DNA of 63,989 bases, the filler included, from Neolecta irregularis DAH-3 (Eukaryota), in NCBI GenBank assembly GCA_001929475.1. It is 11 parts of 11 records of this genome, joined end to end, with 100 filler letters (N's around TTAATTAATTAA, not from the genome) between each part and the next. Parts side by side here need not be neighbours in the genome. Positions count along the whole stretch, not along the records: positions 1 to 7,248 come from LXFE01000717.1; positions 7,349 to 22,341 come from LXFE01000720.1; 9 more parts are not named here. One strand, written 5' to 3'. Both the position numbers and the translations under genes were made by a program. Below are positions 1-11,500 of the stretch, one piece after another; position 1 is the first letter of the stretch; each line of letters begins with the position of its first letter. Below the pieces are notes generated by a model. The model was not told where the DNA came from and ran no database searches. It saw only the letters and a program-made list of their open reading frames with translations.

Positions 1-420
1 AAAAATAATTTCATTTTTAATGTTACAAAATTTGGTGAAACTTTTTGGGTGGTATTTTAAAACGCAGCCTTTGTAAAACAACAGTTGTTGTTTTCGTCAA
101 ATCCGAATTTCATGAAATTCGGACTAAAAGAAGTGACTGCAAAACGCGTCCTTATGCCTTCTCTCTTTTTGACAGAGTGCATTTGGAAATTACATTTAAT
201 TAGATTGAAAGCATCTATGAAATCTTGTCTCTAGCAACTTCAACACGACACCAAAAAGGAAAAATATATCTTCATCTACGGGAACCACAAGTATATGATT
301 TTTCTTTCTCTCTTTTTCACGAAGCTCATTTCAAAAGGACATTTAGCCATAGAGCAAGCATGCTGTATAATAATAATCTTGTTTTAGCAACTTCAACACA
401 AAGCCAAGAAATTAACGTCT

Positions 421-839
421 TCATCTACCGAAAATAATTGACTTATTCTTTTTCCTCTTTTTCACACCATTCGGCTTCCCATTTCTCCAACTTTCTCTGC
501 ATGATCCTTTTGGTCTAGACGTGCTAATTCTCTTTGTTGGAACCTGATCGATTTCCATAATCGCTGGGTCAACTAGAGATTTCAGCATTGTCACACGAAA
601 TATAGAAAAAAGGCCTTGATCATCGACTTCAGAAATACCATATTCCGAAAGAATAAAGACAAACCTTGATCTTTAGTATCCATCGCCTTTTCCGCAAGAG
701 CAATCTTTTGCTCTTGAAAATTTTTCTGCTGATGAGCGCAGATCGCTGCCAGACGACTTTCTTCAACCGGTAGATATACCGCTTGGCGTTTCCTTGCTTT
801 GAAGGCTTGCTTCGATTTCGAGCGAAGGGATTTTGCCAT
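421..839 (-). CDS. Small basic DUF2423/YBL028C-like nucleolar protein (spliced)
   Basis: N-terminus MAKSLRSKSKQAFKARKRQAVY is typical of the family; last exon reads ...KRISTSRPKG...KKRKKNKSIIFGR* ending at 421. Confidence 0.7.
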
Positions 840-1078
840 TTTTTATGAAGAGTGAAAGATTACAGAGAGGAGAATAGAGTGACCGACTGCAATGCGGTGG
901 TTTCAATATTTTCTTGGAATTTTCAACAAATAATGGCTGAATAGAGAATGGACATATGTAGTTCAGTAGACTTGTCGCTACAGTAGTATACTACAAATGT
1001 TGAAAGCCCAGCATATACCCTATGACTTTTGTTCGTCCCAAGATTCCATATATTTTTCACAGATGCACGATTCCAAAG

Positions 1079-1692
1079 CTAGTAGAAGAATCCAAGAATC
1101 TTTCCTGCAACTTTCTTTGCTCGGGCTTCTTCGTGGGTCATGATTCCCGTAGATGTCTTTTCAGATCAGAAAAAACATTTAAAAGGGTTGTACAGTAAGA
1201 ATAACGTGACCGAATTGACGAGCAGGCAACAAGTTGTTGACCCATTTCTCAATCTCATTCAGTCGAACGTTGAACCGAGGGGAGATGACCCCGCATTTGT
1301 TCAGTCGACCATTTAACTGAATGACAATCTTTCCGCTTCGATGATCATCGATAATTTCGAATTCACCAATGTACCCTGATAAAAGTAAGCATACTGTCGC
1401 CAAAAAATAAACACTAAAAATGGAAAAAGAAACGAATTATCAGTGTGTAAGTTCTTGTCTGATGATATTTCGGGATATTAAAAGACGAACTGCGTGGAAG
1501 CATATTCACATGTCCATCCAGTTATTACCCGTACATTTAAAGATAATCGAAATACATACCATGTTTCTGCATACACTCTAAGAATTTGATGATGACTTTG
1601 CTTGAAGGTCGAATTAAAACCTGTCTCTTTCCCTTCTTTTCAGCATTGACGATGTTGTTCAAGCAATCCGCAAGCACAGACGTTCTAACCAT
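1079..1692 (-). CDS. RPS22: 40S ribosomal protein uS8 (S22/S15A); coding introns 1559-1376 and 1193-1157
   Basis: [34 protein letters not shown]...[35 protein letters not shown]...GKILGFFY*. Confidence 0.98.
1392..1535 (-). ncRNA. snR44: Intronic box H/ACA snoRNA, snR44-type
   Basis: Hairpin-H box (ATATCA)-hairpin-ACA+3 nt inside the 184-nt RPS22 intron; pockets ATAACT/TTTAAT and CTTACA/TTTA are complementary to the 18S (AUUAAA-U-C-AGUUAU) and 25S (UAAA-U-A-UGUAAG) sites recalled as yeast snR44 targets, with 14-nt spacing to the boxes. Confidence 0.88.
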
Positions 1693-1697
1693 TTCGA

Positions 1698-1839
1698 CTA
1701 GCGAGTTAGCAATGAACAGCTAACAAGAGTGTCTTCTGCGATTCGCTCCGCAGAAGATTCTCGAAAGCCCATTGCTTAGCATGACTCGGGCGGTGCCGCT
1801 CAGCCTTGATGGCAATAGAGTGGTCGTAATGGTATGTAC
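1698..1839 (-). promoter_or_regulatory. RPS22 5'UTR intron (142 nt) containing a long stem-loop
   Basis: Donor AAG|GTACAT at 1839, branch GCTAAC and TAG acceptor 5 nt before the ATG; stems AGCAATGGGC/GTTCATTGCT and TCTTCTGCG/CGCAGAAGA. Confidence 0.75.
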
Positions 1840-2164
1840 CTTTGTGAAACTGAAGACTGGGTGGTGGTGAGAAAGCCGAAAGTTTTGGAGCGGGTGGTTC
1901 GATCGTGACTTATGGGAAGAATTAGGGGACAAACTTAATTAAGGCCCTTTTCCTAGAAACCTCTACGAATTCACTTTTCCCTCAATTGATATACAAGACT
2001 TGTTCAGCTTTACAATATTCTTGCCGCTGGTTCGATGTTCAATTCTTTTGCTCAGGAATCACTGTTACCAATGTCTCTTACTTCATTTTGTCATTGGCGA
2101 AATTTTCTTTGGAATTATTCATGAATCCATGCAGATTATGTCCTATCTTTATGCACAGTGTATC

Positions 2165-2208
2165 CCAACCGCCCGCCCACCTGAGCCTCTCCGGTGGGCG
2201 GTTGGGCG
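2165..2208. repeat. GC-rich inverted repeat (hairpin)
   Basis: CCCAACCGCCC ... GGGCGGTTGGG perfect 11-bp arms around a CACCTGAGCCTCTCCGGTG core; similar to the hairpin at 55890-55941. Confidence 0.6.
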
Positions 2209-2474
2209 GCCCGCCGATGGCTGTTGGATAGAATGCTAAGCCGCCCGCCCCACCAAGAGATCTGAACCACCCACATTTGTGGGCAGACCTTGGTTTCAAC
2301 TTTAAATTGTGATCCTGATAGTGGTGGTTTCGTTTGAATCCGTTGGTTGGTTGTATAATTGAGGATTGATTGCCTTTTGCTGCAGTTCTGCCCGCAAGAT
2401 TTGTCGCTGACCACGTGACATCGATCGCGATGATTCATCGTGAACTATTTGAGTATGTGCAATATACTCACACC

Positions 2475-2600
2475 AACTAAAGAAATGGCCAGGTAGAAAT
2501 CGGTTTATATTAGCAATTTTGGTTATTTAGTGAATTTGGAATTGTACCTATATAAATTGTTAAAAATATATCCGACGGCGGCGGGCAGGCAGGTGGACAC
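2475..2600 (+). repeat. Interspersed repeat, copy 1
   Basis: AAAGAAATGGCCAG.TAGAAATC...TTTTGGTTATTTAGTGAATTTGG.ATTG.ACCTATATAAATTGT also occurs at about 55806-55885. Confidence 0.75.
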
Positions 2601-2970
2601 ATTGTTAATGCGTTTTTTTGGAAGGCTGTGTTAACTCTAGAATCTAGTCACGCGTGACTTGAGTATGAATTTGAGGGGTAGTAAACTGTGCTCAAACAAT
2701 GCGCGAGTTATTGTTGTGTCAGTTCTGAATTTTTGTACTGATTTCAGTATTTAAATAAGACTGAAAAGGAAAATATTGGTACAGAACTTAAATTAAATGA
2801 ATGAAGAAGAGTATCGTTAGTCATTAGCTGGTGTAAATGAAGAAATAATATTAAACTGCTGAATTCTCCAATGAGAACTTTCATGCTGCTTGCGAGATAA
2901 GTATTTCATTTTATTTTAAACTAAGAAACTCCCGTACCGATATTATACAGCAACAAAACTAAAGTATTTC

Positions 2971-5900
2971 TCACCACTCAGTATCAAATCTTTCTAGACT
3001 GGTGATGGTATCATTCATATCTTTTTGGGCCTTCTTTCGCATATAAAATATTGGGCAATCCTTACTTGTGCAGATAACATCTTGATGTAAACTTCCTTGA
3101 CATCGTTGGCATTGCGTCCATAACCTGGCAAAGCGTACTTCTAGATCAGAGACTTGATCGAGTTGCTTTCGATATAATTCGGGCACCCGAGAAATGCAGT
3201 TAGAGCAGACTGCGGCGTTCGACTTGGACTTTAAGGGTGCTTTACAACCCATGCAGATTTGTGTCTTCACAGCGAATTTCATGAGACCACCTACAGTTGG
3301 TGCAGCGACAGAAATCGTGCGTGTATGGTCCCCATTTACTATAAATCAGTTAAAGAACATAACCAATTCAAATACGTAACATGTTTGCTTTTTCTCCTAA
3401 AATCGGTTCGAAAATCCTCAGGAGTGGCTTTGACAACTGGTTCTCGAGATAGTATTTGGTATCGATGGGGATGTTGTTCTCTAGAACGTACAATGGATCC
3501 TCTGAACATTGGTAAAATTTATCACCTGGAGATTAGTAATAACAAACATTTGTTTGATAGACCCCTTGCGCCTTTTATGATCACGTATGCAACACGATCT
3601 CCAAGAGCGGGTGCGCTACCGGCATCTCGCTTTCGCATGCGCTCGGCAAGCTCAACATGAGCCTGTTTTGCGGCATATTCCGTTTTCGACAAAGCCTTTG
3701 TAATAACCAATTGCGACATATCAATCTTGTTTTGTAATAAATCCGAAATGATGTTCTTGGTATATCTAAACGGTCAAGATTTGTTTGGCCAGCTAGTGTT
3801 TTACATCTGAGCTCCCTCGATATCTTGATCAATCAGCATTTTTCGCAAAGCCGTTTCGATGACATTGCTCACAAGACGGCAATTGTCCCTACGAACAGTC
3901 TATCTAGATCAGCTTCACGTTGTACAATTCTCGTACCTCAATACCCTTTGAATCCATCTTGTCATGCTTTTCTGGTGTTGTCCAGTAAAGACCAGCATAT
4001 CGTTTTTTGCTGATAAGCAGATATGGGAAGTAGACTTTCTCAAACTCCAATTTGATGGGATTAATGAATTTGGAACTCACAAAATTGGCCGCTTCGGTGC
4101 CCAACCCCATACAGGTAGCAACATCTTTTGGCCCAAACTTGACCATCACAGAATCAGTATCACCGTATATAACCTGAGCGTTGTGTGAGTAGCCATTCAT
4201 CATAGTGTATTTGCTCTCGACTTCCTATAAGTCAGCAACTAGAAAATTTAGATATTACCTCTCGAGTTCGCTCAATCATTTGCCGTCCATAGGCGGTAAC
4301 ACTAGATGAGATTGCAAGGCAGGGTAACTTTCCATTCGTTGCACCAGTGAATCCATACACTGAATTCGCACTAATCTTCAAGGCCAACTGACGACCATCC
4401 AACACCGCTTTCTTGAATGGATCGGTCTCCTTCTTTAAATCAGCCTTTGCAACCTTTCGAGCTCCAAGAAGGTCTTCGAAAATAATAGGCAGAAGACCTT
4501 TGCGAACGCTAGAATTTACAAATGCATCTGGGGAATAAGTGAACCTTCAAAAGTAGCTAAGCACCTCCAATTGGCGTGACGTGATAGTGCACATCCTTCA
4601 CAAGTGTAGGATCGTTGGCTATAGCTTGAGGCGATAATAATGTAGTATAACAAAGATTGTGCGCTTGCATTATGCTAGGATATAGTGAAGAGAAATCGAG
4701 AGTAGCAACAGGAACATCGTAGTATCCTTTCACTGGTTCGATAACTGTAGCACCTTCGTACTGCTCGTCTGTTCCTGAATCTGTTAATTTTAAGATACTG
4801 GAAAGTATCTACCTTCGGTCTTATAGTTTGGGATTACCAATCCTTCCTTTAAAGCTTTTCGAAATAATTGGGAAACAACTTTTATTTGCTGACCTCGTGA
4901 AAGGAGGTAGTTGAATGGCACCCCTGTTACTCTCGCCATCTCAGTATAATTGACAAACACCATAAGTTTATCAAGTAATCGCTGAGGAAGATATGCATCC
5001 TTCAGACAATAAACTGCCAGGCGACGTCTTGATTCGGCTGTTCCGTTATGAAGCTCCGTAATGATACTATGATGGACATCTTCCTTTTGCTCTCCGAGAA
5101 AGTGTGCACAAACGCTGTTGAGTGTATAACTTCGAAGTTTGTAATCTCGTTGCATGACTTGAAGAATGTCTAATTGCAGGCGACCATCGATATTCACTAT
5201 TTTGGACTCTCGAGTACCATATGCCTTACTCGAAAAAGTAGTATCTTTGACGACAGAATGCTGCCTTGTGATACGCCCAAGAAAGTCAAACCCATCAACT
5301 TTAAGTGCTTTTGCGCGATCGAGGAGGTACGGCATATCAAAATTCGCTGTGTTGTAACCAATGAGAACATCTGGATCGACTTCCCTAACAAAGTCGCTCC
5401 ATTTCTTCAGCATGACTCGTTCATCTTTGTGTTCAAAGACTTGAGTTCCAACGATAGAAGAACAAGAATCCACAACGAAAACGTTCCTTACAAAGGGTTT
5501 CGAATCTCCATATCGAGTGATCATATTGGCAATTTGGATGACAGGGTCGATATTTGCTTCAGGAAATATGCCTTTACGACCCGCACATTCAATATCGTAG
5601 CTAAGGATTCGAAGCGGAGCCATTTTCGACCACTCTTTTTCCGGAGTGTGAGCAATCAGGTTATTGTATTTTATTGTCACTTCGTATTGAGCATTTGACA
5701 ACTTTGAGTAACCGGTAACGAATTGGTACTTCCCCATCGGTAATTCAATCCAACTCATCCCCATAATCTTTGAATTAGAATAATGCAACTTGAGTTTTAA
5801 GAAATACCCCAGTATCAATCATAAACCTCAATTCATACGCAATATTGCTCTCGAAAGTGGTGACACGATTTCCAAACATCCCTTCAAATTCAAACCCGTC

Positions 5901-6667
5901 TCTCTCGAAGCATCCTCGAACTTTGGAGATGTTCTTGGGATCGAGAACGGTGATTTTCAAGAATGGCGACTTTTGAGTCCCTTGGTAACCGTAGAGACTC
6001 TGTTTCATTACATTCGTGACTGAAGAAATAATCGGCGATCCATTCGAAACATATCGCTGAAGAATTAACGCAGCTAAGTGTGTCAAAACCTCGAGTGCCA
6101 TCCTGAAAGGCGAAATATGATCGTTGCGAAACCCGGAAGGAGCAGGGACATAAAAGTAGGGGGAAAATCCAGTGACATGGCAAAGCACGCTGTTGCCTTC
6201 CTATTTATTCAGCACACAGATCATCTGGTGTGTATACCTCTGTCACTCCAAAAAGTCGAACTTCAGGTCCATCAGTACCCATTGATTCTGCTGTCTCAAT
6301 TTGCTGAAAAACTAGAGGATCAATTCGTAGCAACTGTATGCATTTACTCAAAGACTGTTTTGCAATATCCAAGCTTCTCATTTTAGGACGAGCCCATTTC
6401 TGGTCACTTTCCAATCCGCCTATAGATTATTAAGCCAATAGTATCATCCAGGACCGTACCCTCTCCTGCGACTTCTTTCAGTTCCTGAGTCAAACGGTCC
6501 AGATGATCTTCAAAGCTGGATTTGGGGGGATATCCTTTGATATTCTTGACATGCCCAGGAGCAGTACTTAGACGCCGTTTCTTGACAGCCGCATTGCTCC
6601 CGTCGTGAGTTTCGTTTTTGATATCCACGAGAACCGGATGCTCACGCTTCTTCTGGAGGGCCAGCAT
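2971..6667 (-). CDS. POL3: DNA polymerase delta catalytic subunit (multi-exon)
   Basis: Exo[36 protein letters not shown] motifs and C-terminal CysA/CysB; 5' end duplicated across the 10-N gap (alternative ATG at 6784). Confidence 0.98.
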
Positions 6668-6821
6668 TGCAGTGAAGAGGAAATACGGCAGGCGGAGTGT
6701 GGTCAACGCGNNNNNNNNNNGGTGAGTTTCGTTTTTGATATCCACGAGAACCGGATGCTCCCGCTTCTTCTGGAGGGCCAGCATTGCAGTGAAGAGGAAA
6801 TACGGCAGGCGGAGTGTGGTC

Positions 6822-6849
6822 AACGCGAAAATCTCTCGGTCGGACGCGT
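6822..6849. promoter_or_regulatory. MCB/SCB-like elements upstream of POL3
   Basis: ACGCGAAAA and ACGCGT 40-65 bp upstream of the ATG of a replication gene. Confidence 0.55.
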
Positions 6850-7038
6850 TTGACACAAATGAATATTTGGCTACTATGGGGAATACACAGACTATAGCAG
6901 CAATAGTCGTTCTACAAGTGCAGTTACTGCTGCTTCAATACTGTGCATATACACTGGTCTGACAGAAACATGGAGGTGAGCAAATGCCGAAGGAGGTCTT
7001 GAATGACGTCGTGACCAATCAAACCACCAACAAACACA

Positions 7039-7248
7039 ATGTCTTTACCAAATGTTGAACACTCTTGATACAATATGCCCTGACTTGCCAGAAAGCCGTT
7101 CTTGACTATCTCCCCTCTGTATCCGCAGATTTATTCGCCGCAAAAGCCAAGAAGAAGCTCACGTTCGAAGCTCTCGGAAAAGAACTCGGAAAGGGTGAGG
7201 TATTCGTCGCATCAGTCTTCTATGGGCAAGCCAAACCAGATCCCGAGG
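7039..7248 (+). CDS. CYN1: Cyanate hydratase (cyanase), 5' part, cut by contig end
   Basis: MSLPN|KAVLDYLPSVSADLFAAKAKKKLTFEALGKELGKGEVFVASVFYGQAK matches the fungal cyanase N-terminal helical domain. Confidence 0.85.
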
Positions 7249-7348
7249 NNNNNNNNNNNNNNNNNNNNNNNNNNNNNNNNNNNNNNNNNNNNTTAATTAA
7301 TTAANNNNNNNNNNNNNNNNNNNNNNNNNNNNNNNNNNNNNNNNNNNN
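7249..7348. other. Artificial contig spacer (also 22342-22441, 28857-28956, 31630-31729, 41791-41890, 47435-47534, 49347-49446, 51664-51763, 61061-61160, 62240-62339)
   Basis: Identical 100-nt N44-TTAATTAATTAA-N44 blocks with stops in all six frames. Confidence 0.97.
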
Positions 7349-7515
7349 GAGCCTAAAATTACAATTTGTTACAAGCCACATTTTACGAAATTTAGCGCGC
7401 GCCAAACGCAGCCTTATTTGTCTTTTAAACTCTAAAGTCCAGTACATCAACGGAATCAGTAATCAACAATTTTTAGGGTCAACTTGTCAAAGCCACATAC
7501 GTCATTAAATTCAAC

Positions 7516-8426
7516 ATGCTCCGCTTCGTCTCGCGATTAGCGCCCATGTCTACCACCAATATTTCTGCGGATTCCAAATTCAACCACTTTACTGCAGCAA
7601 ATGGTTGTTTCTGGGGTTCGTCAATTGGCGCAGATAGAGGCTAACTTGGAGGACCCGAACATATGTATCGCAAGCATTATACCGGCAAAGGTCTTGTCGA
7701 TATCAGAGTATCGCAAACAGCGTAATGCGTCCTAAATAGCAGGTAGGGTACATCGGGGGAACATCCAAAAATCCCACTTACAAGCAAGTCTGTTCGGGAG
7801 CCACGGGTAAATTCATCTTCAAATGTCATTAATAAGCCAGGGCATGCCGAAGCAGTACGTCGTTACCTGCATTCAAAAGAACATTTTTCAGTCTTAGTTT
7901 CGTCTAACATTTGATCCAAAAAAGGTTCTATATGACGAATTGGTTGAATTCTTCTTCAGGTGCAAGTATGCCACGATTTGAAACTTAAGTATCCAGAATG
8001 CACGATGCAAGTCAGCTCAATCGACAAGGTGCAGATACTGGAACACAGTATCGATCAGCAATCTTCTATCATAACGATGAACAAAAGGTCATAACTCGGG
8101 CTTATAAAATGTACAGTTTACCATTCTAGACTATTGCCGAACAGGTCCTCAAAATGGTTCAGGAGAAGCCATTTTACAAATCAAAGAGAATTGTTACCGA
8201 AATCGTCCCTGGTATCTAGCGGATTCGTGGAATTTGTTACTGATTTCACAGCATCGACTTGGTATGAGGCTGAAGATGTACGATTCCTGAAACAAACTTG
8301 CTAATATGATAGTATCATCAACAAGTTCGATAACCGGCTTCCTTATTTCAAGCACTGATATATGTTTAGTATCTCGAACATACCCCACACGGCTATCATT
8401 GCCCGAGCCACAATTTGAAATGGTAA
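7516..8426 (+). CDS. msrA: Peptide methionine sulfoxide reductase MsrA, about 9 short introns; absent from ORF track
   Basis: Spliced reading gives [59 protein letters not shown]. Confidence 0.95.
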
Positions 8427-8549
8427 ATTGTTTGATAAAATACAGCATGAACCCATTTGTGATTAATGTATATACGGCATTAATAATGCAGATGATATCC
8501 ATGGTCTCTTGAGAATGAAGCAAACTCCAGAAACACCCAAGCCCCCAAA

Positions 8550-11500
8550 TTATACGTAAAACTTTCGGAAAATCAGATGAAGCATAAGATTTACATTTAG
8601 CCTGACTTTACCGTCAAAAACTTTGATTATTTGTTGCTTGTTGAATCTAAAAAGATTAGCAAGTGTCGAATCTTTCAAAAGTGTGGGCATACTGTGCCTG
8701 GAGAAGATCGTCCAATCGCATTTCGACAGAACCACCAGGTAGTGATACAGAGCCAATTGACCCCTCAATGAAAAACACACCAACAGAATCTGAAGAGATC
8801 GTAAGGTGAATCTTGTCAAAATAACGCTCGCTGTATCCCTCGATATCGACAAGAACACCTTTTTCGTAGAGATTAGTCGCCGAGTACTTGAATGATCCGA
8901 ATTGTGGCATTTTTCCTGATTTTAGCAGATCCCGCTGATGAAAGTATTGCTTGGTAAACGGAATAAACACTCGCTTTTTGCTAATAATATTAAATTATAT
9001 TTTGATATATTTTGGTACCCTTTACGCGATTGTAATGTTTCCATTGATTTTTCGATATAATCATTATAACTGTCAAGCTGCTCCTTTAAAAATGAGGATT
9101 TCTCATCAAGATGAGCCAAAGTTGATCGAATACTCTCGAGTTCTCGTTGTCTTCGCACACGTCGCCGGTGTTTACTGCGAATATCAACTGCGATTGCATT
9201 CAAGATATCTTGGTAGTTGTCCTTTCGTGAGACTTTGCCAAGCGATTCAAGGTGCAGAATATTTTCTAGAGCACTTCGTTTGATATCTGCGTATGATAGA
9301 CTAGGGTTAGCTTGTTAATGAAATCAGACGATACTCGAATATATCGGGGAGGTGTTTATCGGAATATGCCCCGCGGCTTAGTCCGTTTGATCTTTCTTCA
9401 GTTAAAAGTTGCTGCCACTTGATTTCATCCTCCTCGGTGATTGGTTTAATCAATATATCTAGCAGACTGGAACCAGACTGGATACGAATTATGTAAAGGA
9501 CACATCGTTTAGTCTCAACAAGGAAAGCCTTGTCTTCAGCGTCAGGGTCTTGGGATTAGGAGTGCAACAAAAGTGCGAGTTACCTTCAACAGGTGAGAAT
9601 GATGGGTTTAAAGTAAGACTAATCTCGCCGTTGATGATACTGCTAAACAACTCGTCCTCTGCAGACGGAAGGGGTCCTAATTCTCGAATTATTTCACGCA
9701 AAATGTCGTTCTGGTCTGGAGCCTGCAAGTAAATTTTGGATTACGGTAAAATGTACCATAAAGTCAAGTTCCTGATACAAAAGAGCATGAATGCTGAAAA
9801 TTTCAGAAGTCTTGATGTATAGAATTGGTTTTTGAGTAGCTGTGTGATCTTCGTAGGGATCGATATCGAAATACTGCTCGGCACTTTCCACTCGAGCCGC
9901 TACAAAATGAGTAAAGATTCTGGTCATTCCAAATAGATACATACCTTCTACGAAAATATTTCTCATTCTTGTAATTTCAGTCTGTAGATACTCGTTCAGC
10001 GGACGCAGAAATTTGTCTTCCCTGGAAAACAAACGTCCCGATGCAATCTGTGCAAGAGTTTTCACTACTTCGTTGAGATTCTTGCGTTGTTGCTGACTAA
10101 CAGCTCCTTCGAGGACACCAAAACCATCCGGCGCAACAATAGCAGGCTTGATATATCGATTGAATACCAAATTTTCTACCACGAGAAGATGAACGTCTTC
10201 TTGTTCGTTCGGGAATCGTGTCTTGACCGCTTTCAGTGTCTCTGCTGCGAGATATCTTAGTCCGTAGGGCAACTGGCCTATGTTTTGCTGTATCGTTGTG
10301 ATAAAAGCTTCCGTCAATTCCCGAAGGTCTTTCAAATGATAAATAAAAGCCTGTCGTGTCTCGGGATCTTTGAGTGCTTCCTCATCTGAGATATTTATTG
10401 GTTTATAACTGCGTTGCCCGGTAGATAATTCTTCGTTATTAATGATCGTTCGGTAGATCTAACGAGTAAGTAATATTCCAATTTCAAGGTCTCACCAAGC
10501 TTGGGTCGCTCTCAAGGTCAAGCATATCATTTTCCAAGATTTCTCGAACAATCGGACCAACGATATCTCGAAGAAATTTACGCTCTTTTACTCCACGTCT
10601 AAATTTAGAAACAGGAAAGGGAATATAATTAAACCTGTTGTATTGCGCAATCAGCTTCACCCAAATAAAACTTCCTCGAATAAATTCCTGGATACTTTCG
10701 TTTCTGTGAATGTCTTCGATTATACACCGGCGAATAAGTTTTAAAAGGAAAAACTCTTCTCGACGTTTTTGTGCAAATCCGTACAAACACATGACGAAAT
10801 TTTCGATTTTCTTTGTTTCTCTCTCTGACATACCCGTTTCGCGCAGCCGACTGAATAAACGAGCGAGATATTCTGGTCTAGTTTGCAAGACGAAGAACAG
10901 ACCTTGATACAACTCCAGTCTCTTACGGGATGCCTTATTAAGAGCTTTGAGATCAAAAGGGTCGCTAATTGGATCTTTTAAGCTGAGTAAATGCGCGACC
11001 TGTCCTCCAAAATGTTTATGTGTTCGTACAATCTCATCTAGCGTGATTTTATTTTTCACGAGAAGGGCGATTTTTATGTCTAGTTGATCGATATGCTGTT
11101 GAGCTTGATCGTTGGCTCGTACGCGAAGAAGAGCTAATTTCCGTAACTTCTCAAACTCAATTTCTTCTTCAAAGTCGAAATTGCTGTCATTGAGAAGGTG
11201 AACAAAGTTTTTTATTGTTCCGACTGGAGGATTCTTGCCCACGGCTAGTTTCATTAGGGTGCTATCAATTTTTCAAAGGAATATATACTTAGAGATTTGT
11301 AGGCTTCGCCTTGTTGTTTGCCACGGATAAAACTCTGCACTTTCACAATCTTCTCCATGTTTTCGAGATAGAATTGCATCTTGTCTTGAAAGCGCACACG
11401 ATTTACCATCCCTCGAATGTGTGCTTGTAAATAGACTGTATCGTCTCCACAAGACAACAAGTACTTTTTCACCTCACGTATGTCGCTTCGAAGTAGCAAT

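Noticed and set aside
6604..6830. Direct duplications flanking 10-N gaps (also about 17810-18063, 28957-29148, 30550-30775, 33630-33773, 51345-51528, 62473-62585, 63314-63460)
   Set aside because: Near-identical overlaps at gap edges; unmerged contig ends, not real duplications
7249..7348. Recurrent TTAATTAATTAA palindromes
   Set aside because: Artificial all-frame-stop spacers; gene adjacency across them is not evidence of linkage
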